A DNA stretch of 60,115 nucleotides, counting the filler, from Nemertoderma westbladi (lineage: Eukaryota; Animalia; Xenacoelomorpha), in the NCBI GenBank assembly GCA_032718475.1. It is 3 parts of 3 records of this genome, joined end to end, with 100 filler letters (N's around TTAATTAATTAA, not from the genome) between each part and the next. Parts side by side here need not be neighbours in the genome. Positions count along the whole stretch, not along the records: positions 28,977 to 60,115 come from JAUCBJ010006955.1; 2 more parts are not named here. One strand, given 5' to 3'. The notes below the pieces were generated by a model, which saw nothing but the letters and a program-made list of their open reading frames with translations, was not told the DNA's origin and searched no databases. Positions 35,643 through 48,074 of this stretch are shown here, piece by piece; positions within the stretch are counted from its first letter, which is position 1, and each line of letters opens with the position of its first letter. The position numbers and the translations under genes were made by a program.

Positions 35643-38506
35643 GTCTACATAGCCACCCTACATAAAAGTATCAGACAACTTTTCGAAATTATTTGTTAAT
35701 AAAATTTAATACTATTTATAACAAACCTAAAAATTTAGCATAAATTTGCAGCGCCACCTAGCGTTGCAGAATTATTTTCACTAATTACATTGAGTAATTG
35801 ATTAATAAGTAATTGACTACCAATATGTAACAACCATAATTGATTACAATCACTAAGAAACTGGTATACAACGCAGTATGCTGTGGAAAATGTATATATT
35901 TCCTTTAATTTAACTGTAAATTATTTTGTATATAATTTTGTATTATGTTTTTGTAGTTTTGAGCTGCTATATTAATATGATCACGTGACATATATAAATC
36001 GTATTAGTAATACTTAATTAAGAAGCAATTAATAGTCACTCAAATAATATAGACTATTTGTTAGAATTTGTAAAATATATCAATATTTGTTAATTTACCA
36101 CTCACCGAAAATAGGAAGTCCCACACCCGTGTTCTGAGTTTGGTTGGTTCACATATCCTGGTTCAGAGATTGGTTGGTTCACATATCGTGGTTCAGAGAT
36201 TGGTTGGTTCACATATCGTGGTTCAGAGTTTGGTTGGTTAACATATCGTGGTTCAGAGTTTGGTTGATTCACATATCGTGGATTCGAGTTTGATTGGTTC
36301 ACATATCGTGGTTCAGAGTTTGGTTGGTTCACATATCCTGGTTCAGAGTTTGGTTGGTTCACATATCCTGGTTCAGAGTTTGGTTGGTTCACATATCGTG
36401 GTTCAGAGATTGGTTGGTTCACATATCGTGGTTCAGAGTTTGGTTGGTTAACATATCGTGGTTCAGAGTTTGGTTGGTTCACATATCGTGGTTAAAAGTT
36501 TGGTTGGTTCACATATCGTGGTTCAGAGATTGGTTGGTTCACATATCGTGGTTCAGAGTTTGGTTGGTTCACATATCGTGGTTCAGAGTTTGGTTGGTTC
36601 ACATATCGTGGTTCAGAGTTTGGTTGGTTAACATATCGTGGTTCAGAGTTTGGTTGGTTCACGTATCGCGGTTCAGAGTTTGGTTGGTTCACATATCGTG
36701 GATTCGAGTTTGATTGGTTCACATATCGTGGTTCAGAGATTGGTTGGTTCTCATATTGTGGTTCAGAGTTTGGTTGGTTCTCATATCGTGCTTCAGAGTT
36801 TGGTTGGTTCACATATCGTGGTTCAGAGTTTGGTTGGTTCACATATCGTGGTTCAGAGTTTGGTTGGTTCACATATCGTGGTTCAGAGTTTGGTTGGTTC
36901 ATATATCGTGGTTCAGAGTTTGGTTGGTTCATATATCGTGGTTCAGAGTTTGGTTGGTTCACATATCGTGGTTCAGAGTTTGGTTGGTTCACATATCGTG
37001 GTTCAGAGTTTGGTTGGTTCATATATCGTGGTTCAGAGTTTGGTTGGTTCACATATCGTGGTTCAGAGTTTGGTTGGTTCACATATCGTGGTTCAGAGTT
37101 TGGTTGGTTCATATATCGTGGTTCAGAGTTTGGTTGGTTCACATATCGTGGTTCAGAGTTTGGTTGGTTCACATATCGTGGTTCAGAGTTTGGTTGGTTC
37201 ACATGTTGTGGTTCAGAGTTTGGTTGGTTCACATATCGTGGTTCAGAGATTGGTTGGTTCACATATCGTGGTTCAGAGTTTGGTTGGTTCACATATCGTG
37301 GTTCAGAGTTTGGTTGGTTCACATATTGTCGTTCAGAGTTTGGTTGGTTCACATATTGTGGTTAAGAGTTTGGTTGGTTCTCATATCGTGGTTCAGAGTT
37401 TGGTTGGTTCACATATTGTCGTTCAGAGTTTGGTTGGTTCACATATTGTGGTTCTGAGTTTGGTTGGTTCTCATATCGTGGTTCAGAGTTTGGTTGGTTT
37501 ACATATCGTGGTTTAGAGTTTGGTTGGTTCACATATCCTGGTTCAGAGTTTGGTTGGTTCACATATCGTGGTTCAGAGTTTGGTTGGTTAACATATCGTG
37601 GTTCAGAGTTTGGTTGGTTCACATATCGTGGATTCGAGTTTGATTGGTTCACATATCGTGGTTCAGAGTTTGGTTGGTTCACATATCCTGGTTCAGAGTT
37701 TGGTTGGTTCACATATCCTGGTTCAGAGTTTGGTTGGTTCACATATCGTGGTTCAGAGATTGGTTGGTTCACATATCGTGGTTCAGAGTTTGGTTGGTTA
37801 ACATATCGTGGTTCAGAGTTTGGTTGGTTCACATATCGTGGTTAAAAGTTTGGTTGGTTCACATATCGTGGTTCAGAGATTGGTTGGTTCACATATCGTG
37901 GTTCAGAGTTTGGTTGGTTCACATATCGTGGTTCAGAGTTTGGTTGGTTCACATATCGTGGTTCAGAGTTTGGTTGGTTAACATATCGTGGTTCAGAGTT
38001 TGGTTGGTTCACGTATCGCGGTTCAGAGTTTGGTTGGTTCACATATCGTGGATTCGAGTTTGATTGGTTCACATATCGTGGTTCAGAGATTGGTTGGTTC
38101 TCATATTGTGGTTCAGAGTTTGGTTGGTTCTCATATCGTGCTTCAGAGTTTGGTTGGTTCACATATCGTGGTTCAGAGTTTGGTTGGTTCACATATCGTG
38201 GTTCAGAGTTTGGTTGGTTCACATATCGTGGTTCAGAGTTTGGTTGGTTCATATATCGTGGTTCAGAGTTTGGTTGGTTCATATATCGTGGTTCAGAGTT
38301 TGGTTGGTTCACATATCGTGGTTCAGAGTTTGGTTGGTTCACATATCGTGGTTCAGAGTTTGGTTGGTTCATATATCGTGGTTCAGAGTTTGGTTGGTTC
38401 ACATATCGTGGTTCAGAGTTTGGTTGGTTCACATATCGTGGTTCAGAGTTTGGTTGGTTCACATGTTGTGGTTCAGAGTTTGGTTGGTTCACATATTATG
38501 GTTCAG

Positions 38507-38792
38507 TAAAGTAAAAGTAAAGTAAAGTAAATTTTCTTCGGCCGCTAGACCAGGGATTACGCACAAAGTCTGACGACTTATTTCCAGTGCGGTCCCCCCA
38601 GAACTTTACTCCCCAGAGGAAACTCCAGTACTCATTTAGCTACCACTTAAGGATGCAAGGCAGAGATGCGCCCTGGCTGGTCCCTTTATAGCATTCGTGC
38701 CGAAACGAAAACTGCCCTGGCCCATGTGAGGATCGAACCCACGACCTACAGGAGATGTCAATTCAATGCAACCACTACACCAAGGTGGAACC
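38507..38792 (-). mobile_element. tRNA-derived SINE, 286 bp, inside the satellite (copy 1)
   Basis: Minus strand starts GGTTCCACCT, with A-box TGGTGTAGTGG, B-box GGTTCGATCC and a (TTTAC)n tail. TTCAG is duplicated on both sides. Confidence 0.85.
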
Positions 38793-40357
38793 TTCAGAGT
38801 CTGGTTGGTTCTCATATCGTGGTTCAGAGTTTGCTTGGTTCACATATTGTGGTTCAGAGTTTGGTTGGTTCACATATTGTGGTTCAGAGTTTGGTTGGTT
38901 CTCATATAGTGGTTCAGAGTTTGGTTGGTTCACATATCGTGGTTCAGAGTTTGGTTGGTTCACATATTGTTGTTCAGATTTTGGTTGGTTCTCATATCGT
39001 GGTTCAGAGTTTTGTTGGTTCACATATTGTGGTTCAGAGTTTGGTTGGTTCACATATTGTGGTTTAGAGTTTGGTTGGTTCACATATCGTGGTTCAGAGT
39101 TTCGTTAGTTCACATATTGTGGTTCAGAGTTTGGTTGGTTCACATATTGTGGTTCAGAGTGTGGTTGGTTCACATATCGTGGTTCAGAGTTTCGTTAGTT
39201 CACATATTGTGGTTCAGAGATTGTTTGGTTCACATATTGTGGTTCAGAGTTTGGTTGGTTCTCATATTGTGGTTCAGAGTTTGGTTGGTTCACATATTGT
39301 CGTTCAGAGTTTGGTTGGTTCACATATTGTGGTTAAGAGTTTGGTTGGTTCTCATATCGTGGTTCAGAGTTTGGTTGGTTCACATATTGTCGTTCAGAGT
39401 TTGGTTGGTTCACATATTGTGGTTCTGAGTTTGGTTGGTTCTCATATCGTGGTTCAGAGTTTGGTTGGTTTACATATCGTGGTTTAGAGTTTGGTTGGTT
39501 CACATATCCTGGTTCAGAGTTTGGTTGGTTCACATATCGTGGTTCAGAGTTTGGTTGGTTCACATATCCTGGTTCAGAGTTTGGTTGGTTCACATATCGT
39601 GGTTCAGAGATTGGTTGGTTCACATATCGTGGTTCAGAGTTTGGTTGGTTAACATATCGTGGTTCAGAGTTTGGTTGGTTCACATATCGTGGTTAAAAGT
39701 TTGGTTGGTTCACATATCGTGGTTCAGAGATTGGTTGGTTCACATATCGTGGTTCAGAGTTTGGTTGGTTCACATATCGTGGTTCAGAGTTTGGTTGGTT
39801 CACATATCGTGGTTCAGAGTTTGGTTGGTTAACATATCGTGGTTCAGAGTTTGGTTGGTTCACGTATCGCGGTTCAGAGTTTGGTTGGTTCACATATCGT
39901 GGATTCGAGTTTGATTGGTTCACATATCGTGGTTCAGAGATTGGTTGGTTCTCATATTGTGGTTCAGAGTTTGGTTGGTTCTCATATCGTGCTTCAGAGT
40001 TTGGTTGGTTCACATATCGTGGTTCAGAGTTTGGTTGGTTCACATATCGTGGTTCAGAGTTTGGTTGGTTCACATATCGTGGTTCAGAGTTTGGTTGGTT
40101 CATATATCGTGGTTCAGAGTTTGGTTGGTTCATATATCGTGGTTCAGAGTTTGGTTGGTTCACATATCGTGGTTCAGAGTTTGGTTGGTTCACATATCGT
40201 GGTTCAGAGTTTGGTTGGTTCATATATCGTGGTTCAGAGTTTGGTTGGTTCACATATCGTGGTTCAGAGTTTGGTTGGTTCACATATCGTGGTTCAGAGT
40301 TTGGTTGGTTCACATGTTGTGGTTCAGAGTTTGGTTGGTTCACATATTATGGTTCAG

Positions 40358-40643
40358 TAAAGTAAAAGTAAAGTAAAGTAAATTTTCTTCGGCCGCTAGA
40401 CCAGGGATTACGCACAAAGTCTGACGACTTATTTCCAGTGCGGTCCCCCCAGAACTTTACTCCCCAGAGGAAACTCCAGTACTCATTTAGCTACCACTTA
40501 AGGATGCAAGGCAGAGATGCGCCCTGGCTGGTCCCTTTATAGCATTCGTGCCGAAACGAAAACTGCCCTGGCCCATGTGAGGATCGAACCCACGACCTAC
40601 AGGAGATGTCAATTCAATGCAACCACTACACCAAGGTGGAACC
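40358..40643 (-). mobile_element. tRNA-derived SINE (copy 2, co-duplicated with the satellite)
   Basis: Apparently identical to copy 1, with the same junctions and flanking unit variants, 1851 bp away. Confidence 0.85.
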
Positions 40644-43283
40644 TTCAGAGTCTGGTTGGTTCTCATATCGTGGTTCAGAGTTTGCTTGGTTCACATATTG
40701 TGGTTCAGAGTTTGGTTGGTTCACATATTGTGGTTCAGAGTTTGGTTGGTTCTCATATAGTGGTTCAGAGTTTGGTTGGTTCACATATCGTGGTTCAGAG
40801 TTTGGTTGGTTCACATATTGTTGTTCAGATTTTGGTTGGTTCTCATATCGTGGTTCAGAGTTTGGTTGGTTCACATATTGTGGTTCAGAGTTTGGTTGGT
40901 TCACATATTGTGGTTTAGAGTTTGGTTGGTTCACATATCGTGGTTTAGAGTTTCGTTAGTTCACATATTGTGGTTCAGAGTTTGGTTGGTTCACATATTG
41001 TGGTTCAGAGTGTGGTTGGTTCACATATCGTGGTTCAGAGTTTCGTTAGTTCACATATTGTGGTTCAGAGATTGTTTGGTTCACATATTGTGGTTCAGAG
41101 TTTGGTTGGTTCTCATATTGTGGTTCAGAGTTTGGTTGGTTCACATATTGTCGTTCAGAGTTTGGTTGGTTCACATATTGTGGTTAAGAGTTTGGTTGGT
41201 TCTCATATCGTGGTTCAGAGTTTGGTTGGTTCACATATTGTCGTTCAGAGTTTGGTTGGTTCACATATTGTGGTTCTGAGTTTGGTTGGTTCTCATATCG
41301 TGGTTCAGAGTTTGGTTGGTTTACATATCGTGGTTTAGAGTTTGGTTGGTTCACATATCCTGGTTCAGAGTTTGGTTGGTTCACATATCGTGGTTCAGAG
41401 TTTGGTTGGTTCATATATCCTGGTTCAGAGTTTGGTTGGTTCTCATATCGTGGTTCAGAGTTTGGTTGGTTCACATATCCTGGTTCAGAGTTTGGTTGGT
41501 TCACATATCGTGGTTCAGAGTTTGGTTGGTTCACATATCCTGGTTCAGAGTTTGGTTGGTTCACATATCGTGGTTCAGAGTTTGGTTAGTTCACATATCG
41601 TGGTTCAGAGTTTGGTTGGTTCATATATCGTGGTTCAGAGTTTGGTTAGTTCACATATCGTGGTTCAGAGTTTGGTTGGTTCACATATCGTGGTTCAGAG
41701 TTTGGTTGGTTAACATATCCTGGTTCAGAGTTTGGTTGGTTCACATATCGTGGTTCAGAGTTTGGTTGGTTCACATATCCTGGTTCAGAGTTTGGTTGGT
41801 TCACATATTGTGGTTCAGAGTTTGGTTGGTTCTCATATTGTGGTTCAGAGTTTGGTTGGTTCACATATTGTCGTTCAGAGTTTGGTTGGTTCACATATTG
41901 TGGTTCAGAGTTTGGTTGGTTCTCATATCGTGGTTCAGAGTTTGGTTGGTTCACATATTGTCGTTCAGAGTTTGGTTGGTTCACATATTGTGGTTCTGAG
42001 TTTGGTTGGTTCTCATATCGTGGTTCAGAGTTTGGTTGGTTCACATATCGTGGTTTAGAGTTTGGTTGGTTCACATATCCTGGTTCAGAGTTTGGTTGGT
42101 TCACATATCGTGGTTCAGAGTTTGGTTGGTTCATATATCCTGGTTCAGAGTTTGGTTGGTTCTCATATCGTGGTTCAGAGTTTGGTTGGTTCACATATCC
42201 TGGTTCAGAGTTTGGTTGGTTCACATATCGTGGTTCAGAGTTTGGTTGGTTCACATATCCTGGTTCAGAGTTTGGTTGGTTCACATATCGTGGTTCAGAG
42301 TTTGGTTAGTTCACATATCGTGGTTCAGAGTTTGGTTGGTTCATATATCGTGGTTCAGAGTTTGGTTAGTTCACATATCGTGGTTCAGAGTTTGGTTGGT
42401 TCACATATCGTGGTTCAGAGTTTGGTTGGTTCTCATATCGTGGTTCAGAGTTTGGTTGGTTCACATATCGTGGTTCAGAGTTTGGTTGGTTCACATATCC
42501 TGGTTCAGAGTTTGGTTGGTTCACATATCGTGGTTCAGAGTTTGGTTGGTTCATATATCCTGGTTCAGAGTTTGGTTGGTTCTCATATCGTGGTTCAGAG
42601 TTTGGTTGGTTCACATATCCTGTCGTTCAGAGTTTGGTTGGTTCACATATTGTGGTTCTGAGTTTGGTTGGTTCTCATATCGTGGTTCAGAGTTTGGTTG
42701 GTTCACATATCGTGGTTCAGAGTTTGGTTGGTTCACATATCCTGGTTCAGAGTTTGGTTGGTTCACATATCGTGGTTCAGAGTTTGGTTGGTTCATATAT
42801 CCTGGTTCAGAGTTTGGTTGGTTCTCATATCGTGGTTCAGAGTTTGGTTGGTTCACATATCCTGGTTCAGAGTTTGGTTGGTTCACATATCGTGGTTCAG
42901 AGTTTGGTTGGTTCACATATCCTGGTTCAGAGTTTGGTTGGTTCACATATCGTGGTTCAGAGTTTGGTTAGTTCACATATCGTGGTTCAGAGTTTGGTTG
43001 GTTCATATATCGTGGTTCAGAGTTTGGTTAGTTCACATATCGTGGTTCAGAGTTTGGTTGGTTCACATATCGTGGTTCAGAGTTTGGTTGGTTCACATAT
43101 CGTGGTTCAGAGTTTGGCTGATTCCCACATCGTTCACATATCCTATATAATTATCAGCTTATGAGGTTTTGCTGGAATATATTCGACTATATTTAGTAGA
43201 TTTCGGTAGTTGAATTCGGAAATGATTCTCGGTGTTATACCTATTAGACCAATAATTTAATAATTTTAATTTAAAAATAAAGT

Positions 43284-43808
43284 TACACGAAGTGGGGACT
43301 TCGCGCAGCACGAAGTTGGCAGAGCCTTAGCGAATTGACACTGTTAGGGGGTAGGTCAATTTATGCAAATAGTCACGTTGGCCCTCTAGCGGCAGACTGG
43401 AGAACTGCAGATGGATTCGCCTCCTTTGAAAGTCACAGCTAATGGTCTAATACATATCTGCCAAGTTTCAGCTTAAACGGATTAAAAGCAAAGAAATGGG
43501 AGGGCATTTAATGTTTAGACATGTGGCCCTCTAGCGGGAGACCATTGCACTGATGGTGTCTGAAAGTCTCTCAAAAATCTCAACTTTTGCTCATATTGAT
43601 ACCTACAAATTTTCAACTTGGCAGCTTTAAATCCGACAAAGTTATTAGCATGTCAAAATCGTAACGACGACGACAACGACGACGACGACAACGACGACGA
43701 CGACAACGACGACGACGACGACGACGACAACTATTTGCATAAATTGACCCACCCCCTAACAGTGTCAATTCGCTAAGGCTCCGCCAACTTCGTGGCTCGC
43801 CCCACAAT
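43284..43808 (-). mobile_element. Short rearranged copy of the Helentron-like non-autonomous element
   Basis: 43379-43808 is the near-exact reverse complement of 53955-54402, including the (GTC)n microsatellite. 43284-43312 matches the far end at 55575-55603. Confidence 0.75.
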
Positions 43809-43944
43809 GAAGTTTGTACAAAATAAAATAAAGTTACAATGACAATGACGATGAGATGGACTGATCTGATTATAAAATAATTTGTAATATAAAATCAATT
43901 TAATAACCTTATAATATATTATATTTACAGTCCACTACTATTGC

Positions 43945-46900
43945 CTAACTGTCTTTATGTTTTTTTCTAGTTAGTAATTTAACTAAGTGGCTCTGGTTAG
44001 TTTTATTCAATAATTCACAGAATACAATAAAGTCATCATAAGGTCTCCTTTTAATGGCTTCTATTAGTTCGCTGTTTTTTTGTAAACCAGTCGGCTGATA
44101 TTTGATCTGCTCAATAAGATTATCAGTAAGAATATTTCTACTTCTCAATAGCGGTAACAATTCACTCAGCTCCATGTTATAAACCAGTTCAACTTTATTC
44201 CTCATAAGAATATTTTCAAATTCTACATCAACGTTTCCTTTTATCATATCTACTAAATGTTGTTGGTTTGTTTGTGTTAAACTATCCATAAATACTTTCA
44301 TAATGAACTCTGATTTCCCTTTCAGAGATTCTATAATGGCTCGGCTCTTTAGTATTTTAGTTTCTCTTGTTTCTATAAACTGAATCTGATCATTGTTTAG
44401 TATAAAACTTTTTTCGATATATAGTAATAACTCGGTTGGTTCAAGTTTTTCTTCAAATATTTTTGTTTCAACTTTTAAATATTCCTGATCCTTTGATTTA
44501 ACTAAAAACCAAGTTTTATATTCCTGAGTTTCTATACTTGCATTATTCTCACACGTAATTATTGGTTTACTCAAACAATCTGGTAGTAGAATAAAGTGGA
44601 TACAGGATTCATTGTGGCATTTATATAGGCCATGCCTTTCACATTTATATGAACAAGGACATGTTACTTTCAATTGAAAATCAACAATATTGTTCATTTT
44701 TCCAGCTGATATAAGTTCTCCCAAGCTGTCAACAATGTAATCTTTTACTCTGTTTGCAAAATCAGAATCTGGAGGACTTATAATATTTTCGTAGCTATCA
44801 ATATTATCTTTAGGTTTCATAAGAACTTTTCTTACAATTTGAACTTTTATTCTAGAAAAATGCCTTGGAGACACATATAGAATTATATCGTGATCAACAT
44901 CAAAGTATATAACTACAGACCGGTAGTAAAGAGTTGGTTCAGATTTAATATCTCCAATGAGATACGACCATTCTATAAGGCGTTTTACTAGTCGATAAAA
45001 TAGACCCTCAGGTAAAAAACCATTAAATGCAATAAAAAATTCAATATCATTCGCTTTAATAGGGTAAATAGGCTGATTGGAATTTTTAAGTCTACAAGGT
45101 ACATAATATGATTTATTCATTTTTGACTTTTTTAACAATGTTTCTGATTCGTCTCCATTACCTGGCACAGTTTCTCCTATTCTTTCACATATTAAATCAA
45201 AACGCTCTAGGATTTTTAACATAAAAGTTTTTTTGAGTCCCATATAACCCCAGATATCGTCCAGTAGATCCCAGTGCAATATACCCTTGTCATCCAAATC
45301 TTCAAAATATTTCAAATTTTTCCAATTGATATGTTCTTTGACTGTAATAATACTGGCAAACATTGAACTTATCCACTCTGGTTTCAATATAATTGTATCA
45401 CGCAACGATTCTTCATCAAAATAGATAATTCTACCTCTATCATGGTAAAATTCTAACATTGTCTTTAAACCGGGGTATTCAAATTCTACTTTTATTTCCT
45501 TTAACTTACATTCTAAATCTATAATATCAATGTATACGTCATCATTTTTAAGTAATTGAGTTACAAGTTTTTCAAATTTTAAATAATCCAAAGGAATTTC
45601 TTCCTTAAATTTGTCCATTTCTTTAACAATTTCTAGCTGTAAGTTTTGAAGTTCTTCATCTGAATCTGATCTTGCCTCTTTGCTATTTTCCACAGCAAAT
45701 GCTTCTTTAACTAAAATATTGCAATGCAATGTGGACTTTAATAGTCGGAAAATTTCTTTAAACTTTTTACGAGCTAAAATGTTCTGAGTTTCTGGATCTT
45801 CATGCAAACTGGCTTTCTTTGTTCCAACTAAGAATACTGGAGGACCAGAAATATTTGCTCCACGTTCTGAATTATTTTTACCAAATGTAAATATATTGCG
45901 CAACCAAAAATCAATAAATTCTATATTAGTCATCTCGATATATATCTTATTTATATTCTCTTCATCGGCTCTGAATATAATGTTGGCTGTTTTATCAGCA
46001 TCTTGGGTAAGATCAAAAACAACGATATAAATAGCCCGTCTACTTAGAAACATCTGATGGGTTGTGTAATAAATACATTGGCCACCAAAATCGACTATCT
46101 GTAGAGAAAAGCGACTGTCTTCCTCATTAAATTTAGCCAGAATATCTTGAGGTTTACCAGATAACAATATATCCTCTATACCTTTTGTGACTTCTGAAGG
46201 GATATCATATTTATTGTCCTCAAATTTTGATTCATATGGTGTTACGACTTTTCCGCTATCAGATGTATTTCCTCTTTCGCTATCTACTGAAATATCTTCT
46301 CTAATTTCCTTGCTGCTTTCTATTTTAACAGGCTTATCATAAGAACTGGTTCTATTATTCATGTCTCTATCGCTATTTTCACCAGATATTACTGATAAAG
46401 TTGACTGGGTGCCATCAGTGTATATTTTTTCACTGTCCACATTAGAAGCATCTTCTTGAACTTTGAATTCTAGAACACTTTTTGCAACTTTCTTTGCAAC
46501 AGCATTATCTGGATCAGCCTCTAAAATATCAACATTCTTTAAATTAGTCCAGTCTGTGTGTTTATCAGTATCTATAACACAATTAGCCACTGAATCAATA
46601 CCATCTGTTATTGGTTCATTAATATCAAACGGTTGACCAATAAGGGCCTTCTTCAAACTAGTTTTACCAGCCCTCTCTTGTCCCACTAACATTAACCGGG
46701 TATTCAGTATCCATGTAGTCCCTTTAGAAAGAGCTGCTTTATAAGCAGCCAATGCTTCTGGGCCTCTCGCCAGTATCTCTATTGGCAGTTTTTGTTCTTT
46801 AATATAATTAATTAAAAATTTTGGAAGTTTCAGTGTATTTGATCCACTTATATTCATAATCATAAGTCCCATGTCTCTGAATTTATTAACAATTTCTATT

Positions 46901-47207
46901 GTTGAAATTTCATTTAAACCCCAAATACTAACCAGATTCTGGGTTGTTAGCTCAGAAATATCTGCATCCAGTCTAAAGTAAAGTTCTTTCTCTTTATCTG
47001 AAAGAACATCAACAGTAGATATAATTATATCAGTTATCTTACCCTGGAATGGTTTATTTATGGGACCAACCCATCCAATATACTCAACAATTTCCTTTAA
47101 TTCTTCAGCTTCCACCAATATACCTTCCACCTGTTTGATACTTTTCTTTGTTTCAGTTTGACCTTCACGGAACGTATCAATTACTGTAATTGTGCCGCCA
47201 TCATCTC
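43945..47207 (-). CDS. ROCO-family protein: winged helix - Roc GTPase - COR - Cys/His cluster - CARD - CARD (probably a large terminal exon; ORF extends to ATG 47256)
   Basis: EILARGPEALAAYKAALSKG, P-loop RLMLVGQERAGKTSL, TDGID, DFGGQ..YYTTHQMFLSRRAIYIVVFDL, FIDFWL, PPVFLVGT. COR motifs LEFYHDRGRIIYF, IILKPEWI, LERFDL, YYVPCRL, LPEGLFYRL. Two death-fold repeats ending F..SL.QTNQQHLV and FCELLNKTNQSHLV. Confidence 0.88.
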
Positions 47208-47265
47208 CTGCATAAAGTATAATTATTGTTAAGTTGTCTTTCCACAGAGTTGACATCCAATATTA

Positions 47266-48014
47266 CGATGAAAAATTCTGGGTTGGAGCAAGTTAAATAT
47301 TATTAATCAAATTACAAATATAATTATAAATATAATTCGTTAGGGTCTCCAATATGCACCTACGGTCCCTATACGTTTCCCTGCCTATGTCTTCTGTTTT
47401 TTGGTTACAACATTTATTCTGGTTTTAGTGCAATTTTCAACAGATATCAAGTCATACATTACGTTAGTCAATTCTGCAATTTATATTAGAATTTGTACTT
47501 TATTGATAACTGGCAGGCAATACCCGAGGCATGTTACCCGGTATTTCCCGCTACTGGCATAGGCCTACTGGCGTACTGGTACCGGTATAGGCCTACTGAC
47601 GTACCGGTACCCAGTACCGGTACCGAACGTGAATTAAACTTTTCGAAAAGTGGTCTATAACGACCGCTGGTTAAAGTTATACACACATGCCAAGTTCCAG
47701 CGCAATCCCTCCGCCCGTTTTGGAGGAGTTCGAACACAGAGAGAGAGAGAGAGAGAGATAATTTGATTTTTATAGGTATATATATATATACTAGCAGGCA
47801 ATACCCGAGGCATGTTACCCGGTATTTACCGCTACCGGCATAGGCATACTGGCGTACTGGTACCGGTATAGGCCTACTGACGTACCGGTACCTAGTACCG
47901 GTACCGAACGTGAATTAAACTATTCGAAAAGTGGCCTATAACGACCGCTGGTTAAAGTTATACACACATGCCAAGTTCCAGCGCAATCCCTCTGCCCGTT
48001 TTGGAGGAGTTCGA

Positions 48015-48074
<60 letters not shown>

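Larger units (their letters stand above)
36128..43120. repeat. 30-bp satellite (ACATATCGTGGTTCAGAGTTTGGTTGGTTC), >200 copies, with higher-order structure
   Basis: Exact 30-nt period. Variant patterns recur at offsets of 1350, 1851, 720 and 662 bp. Confidence 0.97.

Noticed and set aside
36102-43164. Long repetitive ORFs (NQPNSEPRYV, VQSLVGSHIV, WLVHISWFRV repeats) as a repeat protein
   Set aside because: A 30-bp unit is a multiple of three and is open in several frames on both strands. Stops, SINE insertions and frameshifts interrupt it, and I saw no splice signals or unique coding flanks.
43613-43807. Protamine-like poly-Arg ORFs (also 53898-54167)
   Set aside because: Translation of the (GTC)n microsatellite within a repeated non-autonomous element.
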